Part shown: positions 1-64,000 of the stretch, piece after piece
Layout of the letters: the number at the start of each line of letters is the position of its first letter
How positions within the stretch are numbered: position 1 is the stretch's first letter
Origin: Eledone cirrhosa
Taxonomy: Eukaryota
Direction: 5' to 3'
NCBI GenBank assembly: GCA_964016885.1
Contig: OZ024757.1
Span: 42,222,001 to 42,286,000 of the forward strand
Length of the DNA: 64,000 nt
Notes under the pieces: generated by a model
What the model was told of the DNA's origin: nothing
The model's input: the letters and a program-made list of their open reading frames with translations, nothing else
Database searches by the model: none
Translations under genes and position numbers: made by a program

Positions 1-292
1 CATACATATATATATATATATACATACATATATATATATATACATACATATATATATATATACATACATACATATATACATACATACATATACATACATA
101 CACATACATATATATATATACACATATATATATATACACATACATATATATATATACACATATATATATATACACATACATATATATATATACACATACA
201 TATATATATATATATACACATACATATATACACATACATATATATATATACATATACATACATATATATACATACATTTATATACATACATA

Positions 293-328
<36 letters not shown>

Positions 329-575
329 CATACATTTATATACATACATTTATATACATACATATATATATATACATATATATATATACATATATATATA
401 TACATACATATATACATAGATATATATATATACATACATATATACATACATCCATATATTTGTATACATACACATATATATGTGTATGTATATATATATT
501 ATCTCACACATATATATAATATATATGTGTGTATGTATGTATCTATGTTCATATATATATATATATATATATAAT
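1..575. repeat. (TA/CA)n compound microsatellite
   Basis: Direct inspection. Similar tracts at 6800-7160, 13845-13930, 15770-16082, 48305-48475, 50670-50790 and 57905-58125. Confidence 0.95.
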
Positions 576-922
576 GCATGAGGGAAGAGAAGACATCCAT
601 TCATACACACCACACATTCATACACACTCACACTCACACATACACACACACAAATGCACTCACTTGCACATACACATACACAAATTTATTATTATATATA
701 AATATATAACTCCTAAATCTTGTTTCCTCTCGGCCAGTCATCATCATCAACATCGTCATCAACATTATTATCATCATCATTATTATTAATATTATTATTA
801 TTTTTATATACAAATATTACAGAAGAATGTGGCATTATTTTTTTTTTTTATTTTTAAAATCTTTTTTTTTTTTGTCTGTTTTGTTTTGTTATGTTTTTTT
901 TTTTTGGTATTTTTTGTAAAGG

Positions 923-1330
923 CTAATGTACCTGACAGGCCCGAAACATGATAATCTGTAATAATATAAACAATGGTATCATTATCTCTGAACAAGAGAT
1001 CATTTTTTCATGGTTTAGCTTCTGACAGAGCAGAGCTTCGAAAGTACACATCAGCAACACAACGAGCAGAGATGAGACCAGTCGGATGCCGGCTGGACGT
1101 AGCAGGTCCAGTTCTTTTATAGTCCGAATAAACACGATAACGATGAAGTAAGCATCGATGGCATCGATGGCGAACATCGGAGCAAACACCATCCACCAAG
1201 ACGTGTCCATCACGCGTTCGTATTTCAACGCAGCCATTATCGAGAACACAAGCACCGCTATGAGGTGCATCCATATCTCAAAGGCCGTCAGACCAATCCA
1301 TTGTACAAGTTCTCGTAGAGTGAAGAGCAT
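923..1330 (-). CDS. TMEM203: Transmembrane protein 203 (single coding exon, 135 aa)
   Basis: ATG at 1330, TAG at 923-925. The translation MLFTLRELVQWIGLTAFEIWMHLIAVLVFS...SWWMVFAPMFAIDA...FEALLCQKL...PLFILLQIIMFRACQVH is colinear with human TMEM203 as recalled (MLFSLRELVQWLG...PLFILLQLLMIRACRVN). Confidence 0.95.
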   Translation of the reverse strand: MLFTLRELVQWIGLTAFEIWMHLIAVLVFSIMAALKYERVMDTSWWMVFAPMFAIDAIDAYFIVIVFIRTIKELDLLRPAGIRLVSSLLVVLLMCTFEALLCQKLNHEKMISCSEIMIPLFILLQIIMFRACQVH

Positions 1331-3841
1331 GATGATGATGATGGTAGTAGTAGTAGTGGCGGTGTAGGTGGTGGTGGTGGTGGTGGTGTAGGTGGTGGTG
1401 TAGGTGGTGGCGGCGGCGGTGATGGTGCTGTAGTAGACATTCACGGTACCGATAGCTGCAACACAGCAGGCTTGGCTGATCGGCAGGCGGCTGTCTTGTT
1501 AACGATGAAATCTGCATGTAGGCAACGGGCTGCTACCACCCCCAACACAAATATGTTGGTGGTAGTATGGTTCTGGACAGCTTAAATTGTAAATCCTAAT
1601 TGGGGGGAAAAAGGCTCCTTTTTTCCTTGTTTGTTTGTTTGTTTTTTGGAGGGCCTTTGTTGGTTTGTTTTTTCCCACCTACTATTTTTTAAAAACTATT
1701 TTTTTTGTTGTTGTTTTGGTTGTGGTTCGTGTGACTTCTTTTCTTCAAGTAATCTGTGTCACTGAGTATCAGCGTGCCAGTGAAATGAGGGGAACTGACA
1801 GTGGTGTGCCATGTGGGGTGTAAGTCAGAACAGGCAGCCTCCATATCCCTGAGTCAATGACTGCATTCTAAAAGAATCTGCAGACAGAAAAACACAAAAA
1901 TATAGGTTAAATTGGACATCATAGGATGGTAGGGAGGTGGTTTGGTGGGGTGGTAGGGTGGACATCATATGATGGGGTGGTGGGGTGGTGATAGTGTGGT
2001 ATGGTTGTGGTGTGATGGTGGGATGGTGGGATGGCACTGTGGTATGGTGGTAGGGTAGTAGTGTGGTATGGTTGTAGGATGGTAGGGTGGTAGGATGGCA
2101 GGGTGGTAGGGTGATATGGTGCATATGAAGGGTGGACATCATGTGATGAGGGTATGGTGCATATGAAGGGTTTGTGATGGGTGCTGAGTGACAGTGAGAG
2201 GTGTCATATGATAGAGGGTAATTTATCAAAGTTCTTTTACTAAATTTCTCAAAATTTGTTTATCATCATCATCGTCAAAATTAATTGAAAGACATAGGCT
2301 GTATATATTTCACTAAAGATATGGTTACGAAGGGTTAAATATGAATGTGTTAAAAATGTCGGGTTTTATGTCATAGAAACTGTGGCCGTCTCAGGTGATT
2401 TGCTATCAAGAGCACTCGAAATGTGTCTTCAGTCATCCATGAAATCTTACTTTTAAAATGGATACAGGATGTCTTTCTAAATGAAGGTATTAAGATATAA
2501 TGGCCATAACTGAACTGTCTTTGTTGATAGGCTGATCTATTGTAAAACAACAACAGTAGGATTAGCAAATATACAGTCATCTTGCAAATCTCTCTCACTC
2601 TCTCTATATATATACAGAGAGAGAGAGAGAGAGAAAGAAAGTGGCAGTGACTATACCAGCATTGCTTAAGTATTTTGTCGAGTTAAAGGTTAAGTGACTG
2701 TACTATGTCTGTGTAGGACCATCCTACTATGATTGATTTCAAATGTATGAAACACAAAGTTAACCTGAGCAGGATTTGAAATTAGAACGCTAATATCAAA
2801 CACTGCACAGATTATCTGATGATCTAACGACTCCACCATTTCACTTATCTCAAAGTCAACAACTACTAAATAAATAGGAAATAATGAGGAAATACAAACA
2901 TCAAAAGTCTGCCTTAAGCCAGGAGACTTGTCAGATTGGTGCTTATCCCGGTTAAGCATGAAGCAACTGAAAGTACAAGACTCCCCCCCTGGACAGGACA
3001 CCAGTCCATCACAGCTATTGCTGGTACTTACTTTCAGCTGAGTATACTGGAGCAATGTGAAATAAAGTGTTTTGCTCAAGAACACAACACACAACCCAGC
3101 CCAGGAATCAAACCCACAATAGAAGGGTAGCTAGCTGTAAAACCCTGCTTCAAAATGCCCCATCCAACCCATGCCAGCATGGAAAAGTTGACAAAAATAA
3201 TGGTGATGATATATAGATAGATAGATATATAAATATTAATTTCTTTTCACTGCCAAAGGTGTGTTTATATTATAGTTTCCCCACATGAAAATGCTTCTAT
3301 TCTGAACAAGGAAACTATAGATGACTACCTTGCTTAACTCCAACTATGCTCCTCCTATGAACCTGGACTAAACACTGCAGCCAATACTTCTTTCTTAGTT
3401 CTACAACCTCTGGGAATTCCCAGTCTCTCCATAGTTTTTTCCTGAATAAAATCAAGCTGACCTAAATAACAATTATTATAAAAGTTGACGTCACCTGTCT
3501 GAAAGAAGCTGTAAAAGGTTGTGAGCTCTGCTGATTTTTGACCTCACCTCTCAAATTAAATCATAAACAAAAAATATCATTCAATTGTATGTTTACACAG
3601 TCCGGCCGCACTTCAAACCTTTTGTGTTATCATCATCATCATCACACATACACACAAAAAGAGGAGTTTATGAACAGGAAAGAAAATATATAAATATATT
3701 GCATGGCAGAAATATTTATGTATGTATACATAAATATGTACACGTGTGTGTTAATATTAGTGCAAATATATAAATATATATTTATGTGTGAGTAGAAAAT
3801 ATATATACATGTATGTTTTATTTATATATATACATGTATGT

Positions 3842-3887
<46 letters not shown>

Positions 3888-4509
3888 TATATACATATAC
3901 ATATACATATACATATATATATATATTTCAAGGCCTTAAGAGGTTCATTCTGTCATTACCACAACAGAAGTCCGACAAGCTTTTGATTCCAGAGTCAGAC
4001 CAGATTGACACAGAATTAATCTTGAGTAGATCAATAGCGAAACGCACATCACTACAGAATAAACATAAAGAAGAGATAACAAATCGTCCTTTTTAAATGT
4101 AGGTGTCACAACAAAAGCACCCACCCCACACTGTAAATGTGGTTGGCGTTAGGAAGGGCATCAAGCCATAGAAATCTAGCCAGAAACAGTTCGCCTGACC
4201 CAACTTGCCTCTAATGGGACAACCCAACTAAACCATGGACGTTAAACAATGATGATGATGATATATATATATATATACATGTATAGTCAGCCCTGTAAAG
4301 TAATAGTGGCAGAGCCATCATAAAAAGCAACACATAGTAAATGTTGTGAAGTGGTTGACATTAGGAAGGGCAGCCAGCTGTAGAAACCATGCTAAAACAG
4401 CAAAGCACGGTCATCTGACATGCCTGCCCTCAAAACATAACATAAAATAGAATCAATGACAACTATAATGGTGACCTAATTAGCAAGATTAATTAAAAAG
4501 AGTATAATA

Positions 4510-5040
4510 GATAGAATAAGGATAGAATGGAAGAAGTTTAGAGAACTGCTTCCACGGCAGACAGCAAAAGATTTCTCCCTATGTACAAAAGGAAGGCTAT
4601 ATGATGCCTGTGTGTGGTGTGCAATACTGCATGGTAGTGAAACATGGGCTGTAACTACAGAGGACATGTGCAGACTGGGGAGAAATGAAGCAACCATGTT
4701 TCGTTGGATGTGCAATGTAAATGTGAGAGAAAGGCAGAGCTTGGATGAGCTGAGAGAGAAGCTGGGTTTAAGGGGAATCAGAGATGGTGTGCAGGAGAGA
4801 AGACTGTGTTGGTATGGAGACATGTGATGTGCATGGACAACGACTGATGGGTGAAGAAATGCCAGTAAATCCCAAGTGGAAGGCAGCCACAATAGAAAAT
4901 GACCACGGAAGACCTGGGCTGAGGTTGTTAGAGGTGACCTCAAATCACTAAGACTGGCAGAGGAGATGATGAAGGAGCGCAACAAGTGGAGAGGTGCCGT
5001 GCAGAGAAGGACCCATCCAAGCAAGGAAAAGCTGATGATA
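4510..5040 (+). mobile_element. Degenerate RTE LINE 3' fragment
   Basis: AILHGSETWAVT...ERRLCWYG with stops and frameshifts. Confidence 0.85.
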
Positions 5041-5041
5041 T

Positions 5042-5074
<33 letters not shown>

Positions 5075-6875
5075 CACACACATACAGAAAGAGAGAGAGA
5101 GAGAGAGAAATAAACACCAGTAGAAGCATTGTAAGTTGGAACCATCTTCATTTATTATTCATCATCTCAGTAGCCGGTTCAAATTTCATCCAGAACAAAA
5201 TTGAGTTAGTATCAAGTTACTAAAACACTGACGTTAACAATTTAAATGTCTATATGATTGTGTGGTGAGCTGTTGTTAGGAAGTATTTATATATATCATC
5301 ATCATACTCAGTACTTGACATCTATTTGCCATGGTTAGATGGGTTGTTACCTTCTTAGACCAGACATGTAAAACTGACTGTCTGGCTCATACATGATGTT
5401 TTGGTATGGATTCTTGAGCTGGATGCCCTTCCTAATGACAACCAGATCGCGGTGTGTACTGAGTGTATTTTATCATGGGACAGCCACTACCACTTGGTAA
5501 GCTAGATGGAGGTGCATTTATCAGGGCATCAGCACAACCACTTTACAGTGTGGGCTGAGTGTATTATATATATATACATATATATATATATAGGAAAAGA
5601 GTCAGGCCCCCCCAACAGCTGAACTCTCGCTGTTTCGACAGATAGGTTCTACTACCCTAAGTATCGAGTACTCTGGTGCGTTATGGTCCACCTGGTTCCT
5701 TACCACACTTCCTTTGTTATATATATTAGACTCCCGTCTAACCCATGCTAGTGTGGAAGATAGACGTTAAACGATGATGATGATGATGATGATGATATAT
5801 ATACACACACACACACACACATGCATTATATATATACATACACTGTTCAATCCTCACTTGCTAGCAGGGAGAACAGATGTTAAATGATGATGCTAACACT
5901 TAACCGTTCAGCATTTAAACTGACCAGAATTCTCTCACCTCTTTCTGTTCAAACTAGCTGTAGCTGGCCATTCACACTGACATTCTACATGAGCAAGACA
6001 GTCACCTGACCCAACTTGCCTCTAATGGGGCAACCTGTCTAACCCACGGTAGCAGGGAAGATGGATGTAAGACAATGATAATGAAGTTGCATCATAGGAC
6101 ATCCGAGTGATTCAGAAACTATTCACTTCATCATCCACTGTTGAATTAAAAAACAGTTAATTATTCAGTCACTCTTTCTATATATAGCAGTTATTGACAA
6201 GACTGGTTGCTATATAAATTGGACAAGGAATGGACAAAATAATGGCGTGGTTAATTTATAAATTACCGAGAAATAACTGTCTGGCATGAGTAGGGGATGG
6301 GGGACATATACACAAACAATATATAGAGATATATGGCATGTGATGTATGGAAAGTGAAGTTGTATTTGGGTTTATGGAATGTTTGCTTATTCAAGTTTAG
6401 GCAATGGATGGTCTTAATTACACACACACAGACACACATATATATACATATATATATATATATACATATATGTTTTCGTAACTCCCGATTGGGTCATAGG
6501 GGCACCGTATTGACATACGGCATTTCTAGGGCATTCTTTAAAACCTGGCGGGCCCCATCTCGTCCCCAGGTCGCACACACACACATATATATACATATAC
6601 ATTATATATGTATATATATATATATACACACGCACGCGAAACATAGATACGCGACGGGTTTCAATTTCCCAAATTCCACTGACAAGTTGTGAAATGGAGG
6701 CTACAGTTGAAGACAGCCAGTGAGCAGCTAAGTGTGGAATTGAACCCAGAACCACGTGGTTGTGAAACGGACTTCTTAAACAACTACTGCTACTCCCATC
6801 TAGAAATATATATACATACACACACGTATGTACGTACGTGTATATATATATATATACACACACGTATGTACGTAC

Positions 6876-6921
<46 letters not shown>

Positions 6922-6970
6922 TAACATATAGACACGTATATACATACACATATTTTAAAACACGCACGTA

Positions 6971-7020
<50 letters not shown>

Positions 7021-7081
7021 TAGGAAATTAGTCTTTTTCTTTATCCTGATCATACTTGTGGGGGAATACGAATAACCGCCA

Positions 7082-7146
<65 letters not shown>

Positions 7147-7244
7147 AACACACATACATATACGAGTGTGTCGTTTTTTATCTTGAAATATAAATAATCG
7201 AGATAATATATAATATAAAATTAATTACACACCATGTAGTGTGT

Positions 7245-7285
<41 letters not shown>

Positions 7286-7870
7286 GAAAGAGGAAGAGTT
7301 AGATAGCCACAGTTTGTATAACAGACCACACACATCTATATATATATATAGATGTGTGTGTGTGTGTCTGTTATACAAACTGTACATATATATATAAATA
7401 ACATTCATAATAATGGGTAGGAAGGGAAATAAATTAATATCTAAATAAATCTAAAGATATAGATGTTATAATGAGTGTATTTTACAGTATATATATATAT
7501 ATAACCATCATCACCAGATAGTACCGATATATATCTACACACATATATATACTATGTGTATATATATACTATATATATATATAGTATTTCTAAATCCTGC
7601 TACTGCCACTACCACTATTACTACTACTATACGGACATGTTAGTGTTATTACATATCAACTCGCATACTAATGTCCTTCTATATAAACACATAGAACACT
7701 CTAACGATTCTTCTCATCATTAACCCCTCCTCCATCATCTATGCTACACTAATAGTGTATGTATATATATATATATATATATATATAGTATTAATTCTAT
7801 AGTAACGATAATATCATTAGTCCATCATTGACTATATATATATATATATATTCTATATATATATATACAG

Positions 7871-7904
<34 letters not shown>

Positions 7905-8107
7905 CTGATGATTTCTAATGAATGAAACAGTTCTAGTCCTGTAGAATCTCTTCTATATTAAAACTGTTATACTCTGCTATGTATTGAGTACCTTACTTAC
8001 TGTGGTTACCTCCGATTCAACCCGGAATAACGTATATATATATATATATAGAATATATATATATATTCTATATATATATTCTGTATATATATATATATAT
8101 ACAGCTA

Positions 8108-8142
<35 letters not shown>

Positions 8143-8393
8143 ACAATATTATGTTGGTATTTCTCTCAGTCGTGAGAGATAATTAAATCACAAAAAATAC
8201 CAACTACAACCCTCTTTATGGTTAAAACTACTAAACGGGTCGATTAAAGACGAAAGAGACACATATAACATATATACATACATATATATACACACATACA
8301 TATATATGTATGTATGTATATATAATATATATATATATATATTTGTATGTATATGTGTATAGAAAGGGGAAGAGACGGTTGATTCAGACATAC

Positions 8394-8905
8394 CTTTGAT
8401 CAATTTAACATGACAGCATCACAGCATCCCTCTCAGTGAAATTCAGCATCAAATTTCGGTCTTGAAATCTGTTGGTTTTCTTTATCCTTTCCCTTTTTTT
8501 AAGCAATGAATTAATAAGAAATGCAGAGACGGTGAAAGTGAGGAGAAAGAGAAGCTGTCACGACCAGTCCTCCTCTCTCTCTCTCTCTCTATTTCTCTAT
8601 CTGGCCCCCTCTCTCTCCCTCACTCTCTCTTTATATATGTCTCTATCTCTTCCTCCCTCTCTCTCTTTATATATGTCTCTATTTATTCCTCTCTCTCTCT
8701 ATATATATATGTCTCCGTCAGTGCCCCTCTGTCTACATATATGTCTCATTCCCCCTCTCTCTCTCTCTATATATATATATGTCTTTATCTGTTCCCCTCT
8801 CTATATGTCTCTGTCAGTCCCTCTCCCTTTCTTTCTCTGCCGCTCGATCCCACCCGATGTCACTTTCACTGTTAGCTTGCAGTTCCTCTCTCAGAAAACT
8901 CAAGT
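8394..8905. promoter_or_regulatory. Putative bidirectional promoter and first non-coding exons of TMEM203 (-) and NDOR1 (+)
   Basis: Minus-strand donor AAAG|GTATGT at 8394/8393 and plus-strand donor AA|GTAAAG at 8903/8904 face outward around a CT-rich spacer. Matching acceptors: TTTCTGTCTGCAG at ~1878 (-) and TTTTCATTAG at 10393 (+), 7 nt before the NDOR1 ATG. Confidence 0.4.
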
Positions 8906-9439
8906 AAAGCTATGACAAAGATTTCGTTTCGTAACTACATTTGCATTCCTTCTCTCAGAAATTGAGAAAAAGAAATATAAAATGGTATATAAAAAAAGGT
9001 TTTGCTTTCCTTAATAAAATAACCCCTCAAAAAAAGAAACGAAATTATGTATAAATATGTTTAACAAAAAATAAGGGTCCGTATAACTATACAGGAATTA
9101 CTAGCTTTAAGTGAAACATCACGTTTTGAGGAGATACCGGTGTTCAGGTGAAATACTTACCAAATTAAAATAATTCTGGATATTTAATTAATAGGTTTTA
9201 ACAAATTAAGTTTTGTTTTAAGAAATATTACAATAGGTTTGATGTTCTTAGTTTCTGTATTGTTTAGTATTAAAATTAATTATAATTTTGATAATTTAAT
9301 CTGTTGATCAAGTATATACTTTTAATAGTCATTAGTGTGATAAAATTCACCGGTGCTTTTAAAGAGCGAGTGTTTGTTTCCGTAAGTATAGTCATTAAAG
9401 GGTTGTGTCTCCCTGAACAATTTTCCTTATTATAAAACC

Positions 9440-9810
9440 CTTGTGTATACAAACAGCAATACTGCATGGTAGTGAAACCTGGGGTCAGGGGCTGTGTGCT
9501 GAGGACCACCTACGAAGATTAGAAATAAATGAAGCTTGCATGGTCTGGTGGATGTGTAATACGTGAACGGCAAAATGTAAATAAACTAAGTGGATCAGAT
9601 GCAGTGTGGAGTAGAGGAAATTGCGTTGGTATGGACACGTGATGTGTATGAAGGATGACAGCTGTAAAATAAAAATGCAGGGCTCTCATAGTTGATGGTA
9701 GCTATGGAATAGGAAGGCTTTGAATGAAGTGATAAAAACTGACCTTGCACAATTGTGCCTGTCAAAGGGGATGACACATCTCTGGTGTTATGTAGTACTG
9801 CAAAAGACCT
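9440..9810 (+). mobile_element. Degenerate RTE LINE 3' fragment
   Basis: ACAGCAATACTGCATGGTAGTGAAACCTGG and CGTTGGTATGGACACGTGATG match the RTE C-terminal coding sequence. Confidence 0.75.
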
Positions 9811-10367
9811 GCCTTCCCATGTGCACATGGGAAGGCAGGTCTTTGCAGTTGATTGTATCTACCCAAGAAGGATGAAAGGCAAAACTGACCTCACTGGTTT
9901 AATGGTTCGCCACTTTATAAGGTTGATGGATAGGGGTTGGTTCCTTGTTGAGTTCATCTACCATTGTAGATAGGTATTGTTTTTTTGCATGTGTGTGTCA
10001 ATCCTCACCCCACCATCACACACATACCATAATGAGACCCTCAGGTGACGTTGCCAATTTAGTCATTGACGACTTGAACTTGAAACAAGTAGTCTTCTTC
10101 TTTTCTGCATCCACCTATTCCTGAGATGGTTATTGGGGATGAGTCCTCAAACACTCCTTTCACAATCTAGACCATCCAAGCTCGTGGATGTTATCCAGCA
10201 ATTTTGCTTGGGGTCTCCTGCCAGTTGGTTTTGCTCATAAAATCTGACCAGTGATTCTTTCCTGAGACATTCTGACCACATGTCCATAGTATCAAAACTG
10301 TGAAACAGGTAGTACTAATTTAATTCATTAATTTACCAATAATTAACTTTTTTATGTAATTTTTTAA

Positions 10368-23511
<13,144 letters not shown>

Positions 23512-23921
23512 CTGTGTGAAACAATTAAACCATATTTATACCTCTTCAATTCAATAAAGAAAGTGGAACTCAAACAAGGGAGACCATTCAAATATGCAAA
23601 ATTACATAAAGGGAGATAACTCATATTTTTTTAAATATAAAAATTAACGCTCTGCATGGTCCGGAACGCAGTCCAACATAAAGCCAGGCTGCAAATAGTC
23701 TCGGCTGTCCTCCCAACGATTCCATCTTGAAAAACATAGAATTGTTACGCCATATATAAGTAGACAACGAAGTTTGAAACGTTTAATATATATATATATA
23801 TATATAAAATAAATACAATTTTAACTATAAGTATGACTAATTTACTCAGTAATATTGTGGCTTTGCATGTAACGTTTCAAACTTCGTTGTCTACTTATAT
23901 ATATATATATATATATATATA

Positions 23922-24003
23922 TGAACGGTCAAAGAATAAAGTAGAGGAATATATTAAATCCCTTGACCAGACAAAACAGTACCAAATGGAATCTTGGTCG
24001 TGA
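23922..24003 (+). pseudogene. Partial duplicate of the NDOR1 terminal coding exon
   Basis: Encodes ERSKNKVEEYIKSLDQTKQYQMESWS*, against ERSKNEAEEYVKYLDQTKRYQVECWS* at 23430-23511. Confidence 0.85.
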
Positions 24004-24305
24004 CTGATTATATTATTTATTAGTTAGAAATGAATAAATAAACAGTATTTAAACCAGTGATTTCTAGCATTTTCATTACCAAAGACTCCTTAGTAATATT
24101 TATTTTAATAAATTTCCCTTGCTGAAATTTACACCTCTTATGTCTTCTCTTTCGTTCAGCTACAATAAGCTCTCCCCTTTCAGTCTACTCTCTCTCTCTC
24201 TCTCTCTCAACTACAATAAACCCTTCTCTTTTTCCTCAGCAACCATCGAAAACTAGAGAGATATTTGGTGATATGGGATCTTTCCATATATGTATCCCTT
24301 TCAAC

Positions 24306-24514
24306 TTAACCCTTGAACATTTAAACCGCCATATCCGGCCAGAATTCTCTTACCTCTTTCTGTTTAAACCGGCCATAACCGGCTGCTCATACTTATGTTA
24401 AGTTCTCAAAATAAATAATACCAAAATTTCGTAGATTCGATATTATGTGAGATAAAGCCTTTACTATGAAAATACAATAGTATATATAGAGTAATGTAAA
24501 TGCTAAAGGGTTAA
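24306..24514 (-). mobile_element. piggyBac-type MITE copy
   Basis: TTAA TSD with CCCTT/AAGGG termini; reverse orientation of the 10802 copy. Confidence 0.78.
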
Positions 24515-24905
24515 AGTTGCAGCACAGAGGGAGAGAGAGAGAGAGGTGGAGAAGAGTAACTTATAATATCAACAATGGAGCAAGTTTAATTCCATATTTT
24601 AGAATAAAACTCTCGTCGAAAGTCAGAAATGAGAGTTTTTCCCTTTTAACATTCGAAATTTCGATTTTGTTAAAAAGAAATATGGTAGACATATGTAATA
24701 TATGTAAAGTTTATTGTTAGATGTTGACTCCATGATCAGATGTAAACTGTAATCTAGCAGATGTGTTGAGTCACTATTACAGAGGTAGTTGATAGCTTCC
24801 GTTACATAGTTGATCTAATTAGCAATGGTAGTGATTGCTCTGAAAATATAGTAGCCAGAGTAGGAATGGGATAGAAAAAAGTTAAGTGAGCTATTGCCTC
24901 TGCTG

Positions 24906-25256
24906 GGAGGCATGTGGCCTAGTGGTAAGGGTGTTGGACTTACGATCATAATGTTGTGGATTCAATTCCTGGGTTGTGTGTTGTGTTCTTAAGCAAACAC
25001 TACATGTCAGCTGAAAACGAGTACCAGCAATAGCTGGGGGTTTAACCCTGCAATGGACTGGAGTCCTGTCCAGGAGGGAGTGTTGTACTCTCAGTCGCTT
25101 CAAGCCACAAAACCAGGGTAAGCACCAGCCTAATGAGCCTTCTGGCTTAAGACAGACTTTAACCCTGTGATGGACTGGCGTTCTGTCCAGGGAGAAGTCT
25201 TGTACTTGCAACAAAACCAGGATAAGTACCGGCCTAATGAGCCTTCTAACTTAAAA
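24906..25256 (+). mobile_element. tRNA-derived SINE, family B, with a duplicated 3' half
   Basis: Head GGAGGCATGTGGCCTAGTGGTAAGGG...GATTCAATTCC; body CCCTGCAATGGACTGGAGTCCTGTCCAGG present twice. Other copies at ~2915-3120 (-), 33430-33680 (-), 49015-49215 (+). Confidence 0.8.
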
Positions 25257-25279
25257 CCAACTATAGGCAGTTAAGTGAC

Positions 25280-25912
25280 TCTCTAAATGAAGGGTAGTTT
25301 GTATGATGGCTGTGTATTGAATGTGATGTTGCAGGGTAGCGAAATATGAGCCCTAAATATGGAGGATGTTTGAAAGCTGGACAGAAATGAGAGAAATACT
25401 CTGCTAATGTTACTGTAAATGAAGATTGAAGCAAAGATAAGCTGTGAGAAATCCTGGGTATAAGAGGAATCAGATGTAGTGTCCAAGAGAGGAGACTGCA
25501 CTGGTATGGACATGTGAGGTATATGGACAATACCGGATTTAGGACAAATGAGACTGTGCTGGTTAATTTATGAGGCCCTTTACTTGGGTCCTGAAGGAGG
25601 TACGCGTACACAGGAAGATGCCCCACCATCTGGCCAATGAGGCCCTGTGCTTAAGTACACCTAAGCACAATGGTAAATCCTACACTGTATATGGACAATA
25701 ACAATTGAATAAAGAAGTATCGAAAGATCTAGGTGGAAGGAAACTATGGAAGAGGAAGACCAAGAAAGACTGATGAAAAATGGTGAAAGTTGATCTCTGG
25801 AGGTTAAACCTCATGAAGATGGTAAGAGACTACAAATGTCGAGAGACTGGGCTGGAGAGAACCTGACCAACATATACAGGCATGAAAATGCAGACAAGTG
25901 ATGGTGATGATG
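25280..25912 (+). mobile_element. Degenerate RTE LINE 3' fragment
   Basis: AAATGAAGGGTAGTTTGTATGATG...GAGAGGAGACTGCACTGGTATGGACATGTG; GATGATG tail. Confidence 0.7.
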
Positions 25913-26504
25913 ACTAAGGTTTTGATTGTCATTGCTATTTTTATCTTACTAATGCATTTGGGAAATGAAAGAAGCATGAACATCACAACTCTACCCCTTA
26001 AAACCTAGGCAAAACAATGCACAATTTTAGGTTATGTTAAAAGAACAAAAAGGAAAAAATTATATTCTTAACCCTTTCATTATCATATTTCTAACGAAAG
26101 TATCTAAGGACTAAATCAACTAATGGATTCTCTTTGGTTTGTTCACACTGGAATTCTGGTATTTAGCAACCAGGATTAAAATGGGAGACATTTTGACATT
26201 TTACGCAAGATTACAAAACAAACACTTGCAGGTTTTTTTTTTTTTTTTTTTTTCCTGATAATCTCCATTCTTTTTCCATGGGAAAAGAGAATGAAAGAAT
26301 TACATTCTGAAAGTCCAAGAATCCAAGAATGATAATTTCATGGAAACAGGAACCTACTCATCTCTTCCTAAAAAAAAACAAAAAAGAATAAAAAAAACCT
26401 GGAAAACATATTTCACAGATGAAAGTCTTTCCCTTGGAGTAGATAACTATTGGTAATTTTACCAAAAAACAGTCCACACATAATTGAGTTGGTGGCATCT
26501 TTTG

Positions 26505-64000
<37,496 letters not shown>

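Noticed and set aside
1331-1444. Poly-Thr N-terminal extension of TMEM203
   Set aside because: The ORF-track start is GTG in a microsatellite; homology begins at the ATG at 1330.
1920-2220. GGT-rich tract and His/Pro/Thr ORF (similar tracts at 44275-44460 and 49250-49505)
   Set aside because: Low-complexity simple repeats with no coding evidence.

Overview
AT-rich, microsatellite-dense animal genomic DNA; the repeat content suggests an octopod cephalopod (inference). Three host genes are readable. TMEM203 has one coding exon on the minus strand (923-1330). NDOR1 is complete, with 15 coding exons on the plus strand (10401-23511, ~586 aa), and lies head-to-head with TMEM203 as in human. The 3' part of a centriolin (CNTRL)-like gene lies on the minus strand (stop at 26505, continuing past 64000). 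The introns contain one intact full-ORF RTE LINE (endonuclease-RT with a PHD-like finger), truncated RTE and Tx1 copies, two tRNA-derived SINE families, piggyBac-type and Tc1/mariner-type MITEs, Penelope-type termini with hammerhead-ribozyme-like cores (often as inverted pairs), a tRNA-like sequence and several minisatellites. I see no clearly new multi-gene system. The best leads are the conserved TMEM203-NDOR1 divergent pair, the hammerhead-like fold-back elements, a minisatellite built from an NDOR1 splice donor and a duplicated NDOR1 C-terminal segment. Coordinates were counted by hand and may be off by a few bases.
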